Assembly: GCA_012517995.1 (NCBI GenBank)
Contig: JAAYTS010000141.1
Location: 3,572 to 67,571 of the forward strand
DNA: 64,000 nucleotides
Direction of reading: 5' to 3'
From: Clostridium sp.
Lineage (GTDB): Bacteria > Bacillota > Clostridia > Acetivibrionales > Acetivibrionaceae
A model generated the notes under the pieces. It was not told the origin of the DNA. It searched no databases and saw only the letters and a program-made list of their open reading frames with translations. This document shows, piece by piece, positions 9,379 through 19,095 of the stretch; the stretch's first letter is position 1, and every line of letters starts with the position of its first letter. Position numbers and translations under genes: made by a program.

Positions 9379-10491
9379 ATGGATATATTTGGCGATTTAT
9401 GCATGGAAAAAAAACTAAAAAGTATAGAGCCAAAGAAAAGTTTTCTTTTTTTAAGGTGGGGCCTGTTACTTTTGGTAATTCCAATTTTTCTGATTGTATC
9501 AGATAAACCTTTTTTATTTGGGAAATTTTGGATTACATTTGCTTTTGCAATTGTATATAACGTTATTTTTAGCATTCTATATTCAAAAAATAAATTGGCG
9601 GAAAAAAAGTTTGGAATTATATTTTATACAGATATATTATTAATTAGCACTTTTTCATACTTTCTAGGTGGTTTGCAGTCAGATATATATATTCTCTTAT
9701 TTTTTATAATTGCTTATTATGGTACTAGCAGGGATGTTTCTTCTACAATAAAAATAAGTATTTTTGCTATAATAATATATTCTATTTCAACTCTTTTATA
9801 TGAAGTGGGCAACTTAAATGAGTTTAATTATATTAAACTTGCCATTAGAGGAATGTTTATTATTTTTGCAGCCTATGGAATATCTAGTATTATTATTAAA
9901 GTTAAAACATATGATGAATTACATAAAAGAGAGTTTAAACGTGCTAGAACAGATAAACTGACAGGTCTTGCCAACAGACATTATTTTGATCAGAAGTTAG
10001 AAGAAGAGGCATTATATGCAGAGTACTCAGGAAAACCATTAAATGTTTTAATGTTTGATATTGATAATTTTAAAGTTTATAATGACAGCTACGGACATAT
10101 TGAAGGGGATAAATTACTTTCTCTGTTTGGAAATATTATACTTCAAAGTATAAGAAGAACTGATATACCTGTAAGATATGGGGGAGAAGAGTTTATAATA
10201 TTGATAAGAGACCTTGACCTTGATATTGCAAAAAATGTTGGCGACAGAATAAGGCATCAGTTAGAAAAAGAAAATATGAATTTAGAAAACAAAAAAGATA
10301 GCACAAAAGTTACTGTAAGCTGCGGTATAGCACAATTTCCAAAGCATTCTAACAATATTAAAAAAGTAGTGGAATATGCAGATAAGGCACTTTATCATGC
10401 CAAAGAAACAGGGAAAAATAAAGTTGTATGTTATGATGAAGTAATAAAATTAAGTGGTGAATTAGAAGAAAATAAAGCTAAAAGCAGTTAA
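9379..10491 (+). CDS. Membrane-bound diguanylate cyclase (GGDEF)
   Basis: N-terminal multi-TM region; DKLTGLANR, MFDIDNFK, RYGGEEF active site and an RxxD I-site (RRTD). Start uncertain (9355, 9379 or 9403). Confidence 0.92.
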   Translation: MDIFGDLCMEKKLKSIEPKKSFLFLRWGLLLLVIPIFLIVSDKPFLFGKFWITFAFAIVYNVIFSILYSKNKLAEKKFGIIFYTDILLISTFSYFLGGLQSDIYILLFFIIAYYGTSRDVSSTIKISIFAIIIYSISTLLYEVGNLNEFNYIKLAIRGMFIIFAAYGISSIIIKVKTYDELHKREFKRARTDKLTGLANRHYFDQKLEEEALYAEYSGKPLNVLMFDIDNFKVYNDSYGHIEGDKLLSLFGNIILQSIRRTDIPVRYGGEEFIILIRDLDLDIAKNVGDRIRHQLEKENMNLENKKDSTKVTVSCGIAQFPKHSNNIKKVVEYADKALYHAKETGKNKVVCYDEVIKLSGELEENKAKSS

Positions 10492-10525
10492 AAAACCTTC
10501 AAATTATAAAATCTGAAGGTTTTTT
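10490..10525. terminator. Bidirectional terminator between convergent DGC and aroF
   Basis: AAAAAACCTTCA-N12-TGAAGGTTTTTT. Confidence 0.8.
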
Positions 10526-10553
10526 ATTTGCTATTTTTATTTATTTTAAAGTA

Positions 10554-11567
10554 TTACATTGTTCTTCCAACTGCATTTGCTACTTTCTCAAGTTCCTCCA
10601 TAACTTGAGAAAACTTAGAAGGTCTCAATGACTGAGGACCGTCACAAAGGGCACAATTTGGGTCCGAATGAACTTCAATAATAAGACCGTCTGCACCTGT
10701 GGCCACAGCACCCTTTGACAGTGCACTTACATATTTCCATGTTCCTGTTGCATGACTTGGGTCTACAATTATAGGCAGGTGTGAAAGTTCCTTAACAACA
10801 GGTATGGCACTTAAGTCAACGGTATTTCTTGTAGCAGTTTCAAAAGTTCTTATGCCACGTTCACATAAAATTACATTTTGGTTTCCTTCCGAGATGATAT
10901 ATTCAGCTGCCATAAGCCATTCTTCTATTGTTGCAGATAGTCCTCTTTTTAAAAGAACAGGTTTTTTATATAGTCCCACTTCTTTTAAAAGTCTAAAGTT
11001 TTGCATATTTCTTGCACCAATTTGGATAATATCTGTATAGGAAGCTACCAGTTCAACATCTCTAGTATCAACCACTTCAGTTACAAGTTTTAAGCCAGTA
11101 ATTTCTCTGGCCTCTGCCATTATTTTAAGTCCATCTTCTTCTAACCCTTGGAAGGAATAAGGAGAGGTTCTGGGCTTAAATGCACCACCACGAAGTATAT
11201 CAGCACCAGCTTCCTTTACTTTTTTGGCAGTATCAATATAGGTTTCTTTGTTTTCAATGGCACAAGGGCCAGCCATTACTACAACTTTATTTCCACCAAT
11301 TTGCACATCACCTACATTGACAATGGTAGGTACCTGCTTTAATTCCCGACCTGCAAGCTTATAAGGCTTCATAATAGGGACAATGTTTTCAACTCCTGGC
11401 ATTGTGGATATTTCTTGTGTATTTAGATGTCTTTTGTCGCCTATAGCACCTATTACTGTTTTAATATCTCCAAATATAGGATGTGTTCTAAAACCCAATT
11501 CTGACAATTTTCTCTCAACATTATTGATATCTTCCCTTGAAGCGCTTTGATTCATAATAATAATCAT
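10554..11567 (-). CDS. aroF: DAHP synthase, type I-beta with N-terminal regulatory domain
   Basis: [32 protein letters not shown] and DPSHATG motifs. Confidence 0.95.
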   Translation of the reverse strand: MIIIMNQSASREDINNVERKLSELGFRTHPIFGDIKTVIGAIGDKRHLNTQEISTMPGVENIVPIMKPYKLAGRELKQVPTIVNVGDVQIGGNKVVVMAGPCAIENKETYIDTAKKVKEAGADILRGGAFKPRTSPYSFQGLEEDGLKIMAEAREITGLKLVTEVVDTRDVELVASYTDIIQIGARNMQNFRLLKEVGLYKKPVLLKRGLSATIEEWLMAAEYIISEGNQNVILCERGIRTFETATRNTVDLSAIPVVKELSHLPIIVDPSHATGTWKYVSALSKGAVATGADGLIIEVHSDPNCALCDGPQSLRPSKFSQVMEELEKVANAVGRTM

Positions 11568-11611
11568 AATATTACCTCCCTTATGAAAGTCTTATTTTAA
11601 TACTTTTGTAA

Positions 11612-11900
11612 AATCAAAAAAACCCTTCATCCCTCTTATGTAAGGGACGAAGAGTTATAATCTCCACGCGGTACCACCCAAATTGGCAAATGCCCACTTT
11701 ATAATGTACAGGAAATACTTCCGATACATCCTTTCTTATAACGGTGAAAGCTCCGATTAAGCCTACTTTAGCAAAAATACTGCTTTTCAGCCAACAGCTC
11801 AAAGGGGAACTTCGATTATACTCCTTTTTTAGGCTTTCACCATCCCTAAATCGCTTTGAAAGTACATATAATTTACTTTCCCTTTTCATTGCTTTTTAAA
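11612..11900 (-). ncRNA. T-box riboswitch leader of aroF, probable Phe (UUC) specifier
   Basis: On the minus strand: stem I AGGGA..GGTGAAAGCC, GAAG-TTC specifier region (11809-11807), AGTA and CCGTTA boxes, T-box AATTTGGGTGGTACCGCG (11684-11667), then a terminator with U-tract (about 11655-11615). Confidence 0.92.
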
Positions 11901-11916
11901 TATATAGTTGATATAT

Positions 11917-11945
11917 ATGTTATCACATACAAAGGTATGAGTCAA
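11917..11945 (-). promoter_or_regulatory. Sigma-A promoter of the T-box/aroF transcript
   Basis: TTGACT-N17-TAACAT with extended -10 TG on the minus strand. Confidence 0.65.
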
Positions 11946-11957
11946 TATTTTTTTTAG

Positions 11958-13091
11958 CTAACTTGTTGTTTCAAACATACCCTTTTCCCTGTGCATGGAT
12001 ATACTCATTACAATACCTATTGCAAGATAGTAAGTTACCATTGCACTTCCTCCAGCACTTACAAAGGGAAGTGGAACACCTGATACAGGAAGAAGTGCTA
12101 TATTCATCCCTATGTTTTGAATAAAATTAAATGCTAACATAGCGGTAATTCCAATTGCAACATATGAACCATATATATCTTTTGACTTCCAGGATATATA
12201 TATGCATCTAAATAAAATTATAAGAATCAGTGATATAAGTAATACAGAACCTATAAATCCCAACTCTTCAGCTATAACGGTAAAGATAAAATCTGATTCT
12301 TTAACAGGAACACCTTCTAGACTTTGAGTTTGAGTACCATTAAAAAGCCCCTGTCCCCAGATTTCACCTGAACCAACAGTCATTTCTGCACGATTTACTT
12401 GATAAGCTGCACCTTGGGGATCTAAAGTCGGGTCTAAAAAAGATAGAATTCTTTTTTTATGGTAATCCTTTAAAACAAATTTCCATATAAGAGGCAATGC
12501 GGCTATAGCAGAAGGAATTCCAGCTAAAATATATTTATATGGTATTCCATGCAGAAAAGTTATAACACATAATATAAACAAATACGCCAGAGCCATACCT
12601 CCATCTGGTTGACGAAAAATAAGAAAAATAGGAATAAAAGTAAACACAATAATTTTTATAATGGTTACTTTATTAAACTCCTTTACAAGTTTTTCAAAAT
12701 GTTTTGAAATAAATAATATAAAAAATATTTTTGTCAATTCAGAGGGCTGAAAACTCATATTAATTATAGGAATTATAATCCAACGGCGGCTTCCTAAAAC
12801 TTCTACTCCAATTCTAAGAACTAATACAAGCAGTAAGGCACCTAATATATACATAAGACCGCTTAAACTTTTAAATATATTGTAATTTAAAAAGTTTATG
12901 ACAATGCAAATTCCAATACCTAAAATCATACTGGCAATTTGTGTCATAACCATTCTGTTCCCACCTGGCATTGTTGCTGTTGCACTGCATAAGACAATAA
13001 TGCCAAATATAGAGAGTAAAACTACAGAACCAAATAATATATAATCAAATTTAACTTTCTTTTTTTTGTTTTTATCTGATAATGAATACAT
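11958..13091 (-). CDS. rodA: SEDS family peptidoglycan polymerase (RodA/FtsW)
   Basis: GSRRWI, FQPSELTK, QPDGG, ESDFIFTVIAEELG and GVPLPFVSAGGS motifs; likely start at 13091 (ORF track 13130). rodA versus another SEDS paralog is not certain. Confidence 0.85.
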   Translation of the reverse strand: MYSLSDKNKKKKVKFDYILFGSVVLLSIFGIIVLCSATATMPGGNRMVMTQIASMILGIGICIVINFLNYNIFKSLSGLMYILGALLLVLVLRIGVEVLGSRRWIIIPIINMSFQPSELTKIFFILFISKHFEKLVKEFNKVTIIKIIVFTFIPIFLIFRQPDGGMALAYLFILCVITFLHGIPYKYILAGIPSAIAALPLIWKFVLKDYHKKRILSFLDPTLDPQGAAYQVNRAEMTVGSGEIWGQGLFNGTQTQSLEGVPVKESDFIFTVIAEELGFIGSVLLISLILIILFRCIYISWKSKDIYGSYVAIGITAMLAFNFIQNIGMNIALLPVSGVPLPFVSAGGSAMVTYYLAIGIVMSISMHREKGMFETTS

Positions 13092-13380
13092 ATTAACACC
13101 TTTTAAGTAAAATTTATCAATGCAAATCAAAAGCTATCAAAATTTAATCTTTAAATCATTTATTTTGAGTTTATCATAAAACATTCAAATAATCTATATG
13201 AAAGATTATGGATTTATTAATTGAAATGTAATACTATTTTATGATATCATTATAATTAGAAACTTTTCAATAATAAATTCTTAAAAAATAAAGACATTTC
13301 TTGTATTTGCAGTACCAAATTTAAAATTTAAATGGATATGGGAAATTTAGCTGTTATTCTAAAAACAAGGAGGTATTATT

Positions 13381-13836
13381 GTGAAAGAAATGCAGATTGT
13401 GGTATTTACGCTAAATGGTGAGGTCTGCGGAGTGGATGCATCTCAAGTTAAAGAAATTGTTAAATTTGAAGAACTTACTAAAATGCCTAAGATGCCTAAA
13501 TTCATTGATGGGATAATTAATTTAAGGGGTATAGTTGTACCTGTTGTAAATTTGACCAAAAGGTTTAATTTAGGTGAAACAGAGATTACAAAGAAAACAA
13601 AAATTATAATTATAGAAATTGAGGAAAGACTAATAGGATTTATTGTAGATGATGTAACTGAAATTTTAAAATTATCATCTCAAAATATTGAATCTACACC
13701 GGATATCATTCAAAAAAGTTATAATCATTATCTTGAATATGTAGGGAAAAAAGATGATAGATTAATTTCCATTCTAAATCTTGCTAATGTACTGACTGAT
13801 AAAGAATTAGATAAACTTGACCATGAAGAGTTTTAA
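13381..13836 (+). CDS. cheW: Chemotaxis coupling protein CheW (stand-alone)
   Basis: QIVVFTL, GIINLRGIVVPVVNL and IGFIVDDV; RBS AAGGAGG. Confidence 0.93.
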   Translation: MKEMQIVVFTLNGEVCGVDASQVKEIVKFEELTKMPKMPKFIDGIINLRGIVVPVVNLTKRFNLGETEITKKTKIIIIEIEERLIGFIVDDVTEILKLSSQNIESTPDIIQKSYNHYLEYVGKKDDRLISILNLANVLTDKELDKLDHEEF

Positions 13837-13868
13837 GTTTATGAGAATTAATTTATTATAAGGTTTAC

Positions 13869-13897
13869 TTGCATTGGCAGTTTATATAATATATAAT
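13869..13897 (+). promoter_or_regulatory. Sigma-A promoter of ychF
   Basis: TTGCAT-N17-TATAAT. Confidence 0.65.
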
Positions 13898-13957
13898 TTA
13901 TTTTGATTTTAACATATTAATGCAACGAACTGATAGAAAGAAAGGAAAGATATTCAG

Positions 13958-15052
13958 ATGAAGTTGGGAATAGTAGGACTGCCAAATGTAGGTAAAAGTA
14001 CTCTTTTTAATGCTCTAACAAAGGCTGGAGCAGAATCAGCAAATTATCCTTTTTGTACCATAGAGCCTAATGTGGGGATAGTACCAGTTCCAGATGAGAG
14101 GCTTGATGTACTTACCAAAATGTATGATCCGGAAAAGACAACACCTACCACAATTGAATTTGTTGACATTGCAGGATTGGTAAAAGGTGCAAGCAAAGGG
14201 GAAGGACTAGGCAATAAATTTTTATCCCATATAAGGGAAGTTGATGCTATAGTTCATGTTGTAAGATGTTTTGAAGATAGCAATATAGTTCATGTTGATG
14301 GTTCGGTAAGTCCTGTAAGGGATATTGAAACCATTGAAACAGAATTAATATTAGCGGATATGGAAGTTATGGAAAGAAGGGTTGAAAGAACCCGTAAAAT
14401 GCTTAAATCCGGAGATAAAAAGTATGAAATTGAGCTGGATATTTATGAAAGAATATTAAAGGCCTTAGAAGAAGGAAATACTGTTAGAACAATGCATTTT
14501 GATTTGGATGAAAAGAAAATTGTTGATGAACTTTTTTTAATTACATCAAAACCTGTATTATATGCAGGAAATGTGTCAGAAGAAGATATCAACTTAGAAA
14601 AAGCCAATCCTCTTTTAGAAGAATTATTTAATCATGCCAAAAAAGAAGGCTCAGAGGTAATGACGGTATGTGCAAAAATTGAAGAGGAAATTGCACAGCT
14701 TGATGAAGAGGAAAGAGAAGAATTTTTAAAAGATTTGGGATTATCAGAATCTGGACTTAGTAAGCTTATAAAGAAAAGCTATAAGCTTTTAGGACTTATA
14801 AGTTTTCTAACTGCAGGACCAAAAGAAGTACGGGCATGGACTATCGTTGAAGGCTCAAAAGCTCCTCAGGCAGCGGGTAAAATTCATACAGATTTTGAAA
14901 GGGGTTTTATACGTGCTGAAGTAATTGCCTTTAAAGAACTTGTAGAGTGTGGAAGTTATAATGCTGCAAAGGAAAAAGGATTGGTCCGTTCTGAAGGAAA
15001 GGACTATGTTATGAAAGATGGAGATGTAGTTCTTTTTAGATTTAATGTATAA
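13958..15052 (+). CDS. ychF: Ribosome-binding ATPase YchF
   Basis: GLPNVGKST, NYPFCTIEPN, DIAGLVKGAS, APQAAGKIHTDF and EGKDY...DGD. Confidence 0.97.
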   Translation: MKLGIVGLPNVGKSTLFNALTKAGAESANYPFCTIEPNVGIVPVPDERLDVLTKMYDPEKTTPTTIEFVDIAGLVKGASKGEGLGNKFLSHIREVDAIVHVVRCFEDSNIVHVDGSVSPVRDIETIETELILADMEVMERRVERTRKMLKSGDKKYEIELDIYERILKALEEGNTVRTMHFDLDEKKIVDELFLITSKPVLYAGNVSEEDINLEKANPLLEELFNHAKKEGSEVMTVCAKIEEEIAQLDEEEREEFLKDLGLSESGLSKLIKKSYKLLGLISFLTAGPKEVRAWTIVEGSKAPQAAGKIHTDFERGFIRAEVIAFKELVECGSYNAAKEKGLVRSEGKDYVMKDGDVVLFRFNV

Positions 15053-15062
15053 AGTAGAAAGT

Positions 15063-15085
15063 AGGAGGGATATTTCCCTCCTTTT
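15063..15085. terminator. Terminator between ychF and the convergent GT gene
   Basis: AGGAGGGA-TATT-TCCCTCCT-TTT. Confidence 0.75.
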
Positions 15086-16388
15086 AATTTTTTATATTTT
15101 CAAGTTTATGTGGAAAAAAGCGATTCAAAACACTTACTAAAATAAACGCCACTCCCATAGAGTAGATGGGGTGCAAGGGGAATACATATCTAGAATTTCC
15201 CTCAAGGACAAACATCATGGCGTTAAAGTACATGAAAATTAATAATATAAATGTGTTAAAATCTATTTTTCTGTGGCGTATAAATCTATAAGCAGCATAC
15301 AAAATATAGATAAAAAGAACTATATAATAGGGTCTATATAAGAGCTTTTGCAGCTTTACAAAGGCATCACTAATTGGGTGCCACTCATTAATACCGCTGT
15401 CAACCTTTATGGTAAATGCCCATTTAATTTCATCCGTGTGCCACCAGTAAGAGTTTTCAAGTCTTAAAAATGCAAGTCTTAAAAATTCTTTTGGATTTTC
15501 TTTTATCCACTTTACTGCAAGTTCTTTTCCTACTTTGTGTATAGCCATTTCGTCAAACCATTCATCTGTCCTGTACTGTAAAAAAGGGCTGTCAGGATAC
15601 TTGTAAGGGTCGCTCCAGCCACCTATTGCATAATCATTATTGTTAACGTATATTACATATCCTCCATTGGTAGAAAAAACAGGCTCTCCAAAAACTTTAT
15701 AGTTTCTAATAAGCCAGGGTGAAACCACTAAACTAAAAAATATGCCAAATAAAAGTAAGTATTTAAACTTTTCTTTTAAAAGCATATCTTTTTTTAAAAA
15801 TATAAAGAAAACAAATATTGCAGGAATAAACATTCCAATAGGTCGTATAAGTGTTAAATATCCTATAAGCAGACCTATTAAAACTGGGTTGTTTTTTACA
15901 AAAAACAAATAAATTGAAAGCATTAGCACTGCTGAAAAAAGTATTTCAGAGCCTAAAACGCTATTATAGCAAATGGTAAGTGGTGACAGTGCAAAAATAA
16001 GCAGTGTAAAAAAAGCCACTTTTTCATTAAAAAATTTTAAAGCCAATTTATATGTTAAAAACATAATTAAAGCTGATAGTAAAACATTAAATAACTTTCC
16101 TACTAGAAAACTTGTTCCAAAAAGGTAATATAAAACAGCTAAAGTTCCTGGATATCCAATGGGTCTGAATGCAGTAGGCCATCCGGGATTTCCTACATAA
16201 TATGGGTATATGCCATTTAAAAAGCCTTTCCCTTGTGAAATTTCCACTCCCTTAACATGATACCACATAAAATCTGTATAAGGATATGTATCCATAATTA
16301 ACACCCATATTAGCCTTAAAATAACGCCTACAGAAAATAAAATTATGAAATTATGTTTTTTAAAAAAATCTAAAATCTTTGAATTCAT
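15084..16388 (-). CDS. GT-C fold (ArnT/PMT-like) membrane glycosyltransferase
   Basis: Many TM helices, N-terminal luminal acidic motif (YTDFMWY), RPIGYP, LIRP, PWLIRNY..FG and RYVFP motifs. Confidence 0.7.
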   Translation of the reverse strand: MNSKILDFFKKHNFIILFSVGVILRLIWVLIMDTYPYTDFMWYHVKGVEISQGKGFLNGIYPYYVGNPGWPTAFRPIGYPGTLAVLYYLFGTSFLVGKLFNVLLSALIMFLTYKLALKFFNEKVAFFTLLIFALSPLTICYNSVLGSEILFSAVLMLSIYLFFVKNNPVLIGLLIGYLTLIRPIGMFIPAIFVFFIFLKKDMLLKEKFKYLLLFGIFFSLVVSPWLIRNYKVFGEPVFSTNGGYVIYVNNNDYAIGGWSDPYKYPDSPFLQYRTDEWFDEMAIHKVGKELAVKWIKENPKEFLRLAFLRLENSYWWHTDEIKWAFTIKVDSGINEWHPISDAFVKLQKLLYRPYYIVLFIYILYAAYRFIRHRKIDFNTFILLIFMYFNAMMFVLEGNSRYVFPLHPIYSMGVAFILVSVLNRFFPHKLENIKN

Positions 16389-16567
16389 GTTGTCTCCTTA
16401 GTATAAAGTTTAATTTTTAAATGGTTTCACTGTACATTTTACATCTTAAAGATGATATGTCAATAGGAATTTAATATAAAAACCTTTTAATTTGTGAGAA
16501 AATTATATATAATTGATATATAGTTAAATATAGAAATAAAAAAATACTAAAGAAAAGGAAAATTAGC

Positions 16568-17380
16568 ATGATGGAGCTTTTTTGTTATACATATGTTATT
16601 ATTATAGGTCTTTTAATAGGTTCATTTCTAAATGTTTGTATATGCAGAATACCTAAAGGTGAGTCAATAGTAAAACCTTCTTCCCACTGTGTAAAATGTG
16701 ACCACAAATTAAGATGGTTTGAATTAATCCCTGTTTTTAGTTTTTTGTTTTTAAAAGGAAAATGTAGAAAATGCGGTGTGAAAATTTCCCCCAGGTATGC
16801 TTTAGTTGAAATACTTACAGCATTGGTTTTTGGCATATTGTTTCATAAATATGGAATAGAGCAAATAGCAGATTTTGTTGCTGCAGCCTTTTTTATGTCA
16901 GTAATGATTGCTGTGTTTTTCATTGATCTAGAGCATATGATAATTCCAAATGGTCTTGTAATAACAGGTTTAGTTGGGGGTGTGGGAGCAGGGCTTTATA
17001 ATGCTTTTGTTAATCCTCTGGAGATTTATGGCGATGATAAGTGGTGGAATCCTTTTTTAGGTGCTGTAATTGGTTTTGGAGTGTTACTTATTGTAGCTCT
17101 TTTAGCACACCTTGTCTATGGTAGTGAAGAGGCAATGGGCGGAGGAGATATAAAAATTTTTGCACCTATTGGGTTATTCTTAGGATGGAAAATGACACTT
17201 GTGACATTTTTTATATCTGTTGTTCTTGCAGGATTTATTGGTTTTCTTTTAATACTTCTTAAAATTAAAGACAGAAAGAGTGGCATACCTTTTGGACCTT
17301 TTATTGTTGCAGGGACCTTTCTCACTTATTTATTTGGTTGGGATCTATTAAATTGGTATTTAGAAAGGCTTTTTAATTAA
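16568..17380 (+). CDS. pilD: Type IV prepilin peptidase (A24)
   Basis: GSFLNVCICRIP, two CxxC pairs, FIDLEH and MGGGDIK aspartates, IPFGPF. Confidence 0.92.
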   Translation: MMELFCYTYVIIIGLLIGSFLNVCICRIPKGESIVKPSSHCVKCDHKLRWFELIPVFSFLFLKGKCRKCGVKISPRYALVEILTALVFGILFHKYGIEQIADFVAAAFFMSVMIAVFFIDLEHMIIPNGLVITGLVGGVGAGLYNAFVNPLEIYGDDKWWNPFLGAVIGFGVLLIVALLAHLVYGSEEAMGGGDIKIFAPIGLFLGWKMTLVTFFISVVLAGFIGFLLILLKIKDRKSGIPFGPFIVAGTFLTYLFGWDLLNWYLERLFN

Positions 17381-17410
17381 TATTTACTAAAAAATGGGAT
17401 GGTGATATAA

Positions 17411-17677
17411 GTGCCACAGTTAAAAAATTTTATGGAAGAGGTAGTTTTTTTAGTAATGAAAGACATTGTAAAAGATATAAATGTATGTACATGTGAAAAA
17501 TGTTCATTAGATATTGCAGCAATAGCATTAAATGATTTGCCTCCTAAATACATAGTAAGCGAAAAAGGTGAACTATATTCAAGGATAGATGGATTAAGGT
17601 AACAATTTGAAGTTGATGTTATAACATCAGTGACAAAAGCAGTTGCCATAGTGAAAAATAATCCAAGACATGAATAG
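17411..17677 (+). pseudogene. ComFB (late competence development) family gene with an in-frame TAA at codon 64
   Basis: KNFMEE, CTCEKC..DIAAIALNDLPPKY; TAA at 17600-17602, then the same frame continues QFEVDVITSVTKAVAIVKNNPRHE to TAG at 17677, giving a family-typical PRH ending. Confidence 0.8.
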
Positions 17678-17756
17678 TTTGTTGATTTTGTTTTAAAAAT
17701 GGGTGGAATTAGCTATAATAGTGTTATACCTTATTTGGTATAATACTTTTTTATAG

Positions 17757-18623
17757 GTGATTGTTTTGATAAGATTTGGACCATCGGGAAATCCAGAAAG
17801 TTTTTACCATGAAGGATATAAATCTTCTGTTGATATGCCAAAATGGCTTAGCAATATGGGGCTTAATGCATATGAATACCAGTGTAACAGAGGTGTTAGA
17901 ATTGGGCAGAAATTAGCTGAAAAAATTGGAGAAGAAGCATTAAAATATGATGTTTTTCTCAGTATTCATGCCCCTTACTATGTAAATATGGCAAGCCCAG
18001 ATGAAGAAAAAAGAAAAAAGTCAAGAGATTATATTATAAAAACTCTTACAGCTGCAAAGTGGATGGAGGCAAAAAGAGTAGTTGTACACATTGGCTCTTA
18101 CAGCAAAGTTGATAAAAAGTGGGCTTTAGATACAGCCAAAAAAGAACTTTTTCATGTGATAAAAGAAGCAGATGCTTTAGGTCTTGGAGATATAACTATT
18201 TGTCCTGAGATTTTGGGTAAGAAAAATCAACTAGGTTCTTTAGAAGAAATACTGGATTTATGCAGTGTTGATGAAAGGCTGATTCCCACAGTTGATTTTG
18301 CCCATTTGCATGCAAGGGGTCAGGGAAGACTTAATTCTCCAGCTGATTTTGAAGAAGTGCTAAATATTATAAAAAACTCTCTAGGGGAAGAAAGATTTAA
18401 AAATCTCCACTGTCATTTTAGCAGGGTAGAGTTTACTAAAGGTGGGGAGAAAAAACACTGGACTATGAAGGACACAGAGTATGGACCGGAGTTTTCACAT
18501 TTTGCCGAAATTATTATAAAAAAGAATATGCAGCCGGTGATAATATGTGAGTCAAGGGGAATGATGGCTGAAGATGCCTTAGAAATGAAAAATATATACC
18601 AAAACTTAAAGGGAGGGATTTAA
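17757..18623 (+). CDS. Endonuclease IV-like TIM-barrel protein
   Basis: SIHAPYYVN, VVHIG, PEILGK, DFAH and HCHFS metal-ligand motifs; start may be TTG at 17766. Confidence 0.85.
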   Translation: MIVLIRFGPSGNPESFYHEGYKSSVDMPKWLSNMGLNAYEYQCNRGVRIGQKLAEKIGEEALKYDVFLSIHAPYYVNMASPDEEKRKKSRDYIIKTLTAAKWMEAKRVVVHIGSYSKVDKKWALDTAKKELFHVIKEADALGLGDITICPEILGKKNQLGSLEEILDLCSVDERLIPTVDFAHLHARGQGRLNSPADFEEVLNIIKNSLGEERFKNLHCHFSRVEFTKGGEKKHWTMKDTEYGPEFSHFAEIIIKKNMQPVIICESRGMMAEDALEMKNIYQNLKGGI

Positions 18624-18624
18624 A

Positions 18625-19065
18625 ATGAAAAAGGGGATGAAAAAAGTTCTTATTATAAATGGTCCCAATTTAAACTTATTAGGTACTAGGGAAAAGGATG
18701 TATATGGAACGGAAACTCTTGAACAGATAGCCCAAAAAACAAATGCAGAAGCTTTAAAACACAATATAAATTTAAGTTTTATTCAAACAAATCATGAAGG
18801 GGAAATAATTGATCAAATACATGAGGCAAAAGGAAATACTGATGTTATAATAATAAATCCAGGAGCCTATACCCATTACAGCATAGCAATAAGAGATGCT
18901 ATAAAAGCTGTTGAGATACCTACTATAGAAATTCATTTATCCAATATATATGATAGAGAGGAATTTAGAAGTAAATCTGTAATTGCTCCTGTTTGTGTTG
19001 GACAAATAAGCGGTTTTGGAAGTAATAGCTATATACTGGCAATAAATGCGGCAGTTTTGATTTAG
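18625..19065 (+). CDS. aroQ: Type II 3-dehydroquinate dehydratase
   Basis: NGPNLNLLGTRE..YG, NPGAYTHYS, EIHLSN. Confidence 0.96.
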   Translation: MKKGMKKVLIINGPNLNLLGTREKDVYGTETLEQIAQKTNAEALKHNINLSFIQTNHEGEIIDQIHEAKGNTDVIIINPGAYTHYSIAIRDAIKAVEIPTIEIHLSNIYDREEFRSKSVIAPVCVGQISGFGSNSYILAINAAVLI

Positions 19066-19095
19066 AGTCAAAATTTAACATCAAGGAGAATAAAG

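Noticed and set aside
11614-11889. 91-aa minus-strand ORF upstream of aroF
   Set aside because: Coincides with the T-box leader; no protein features.
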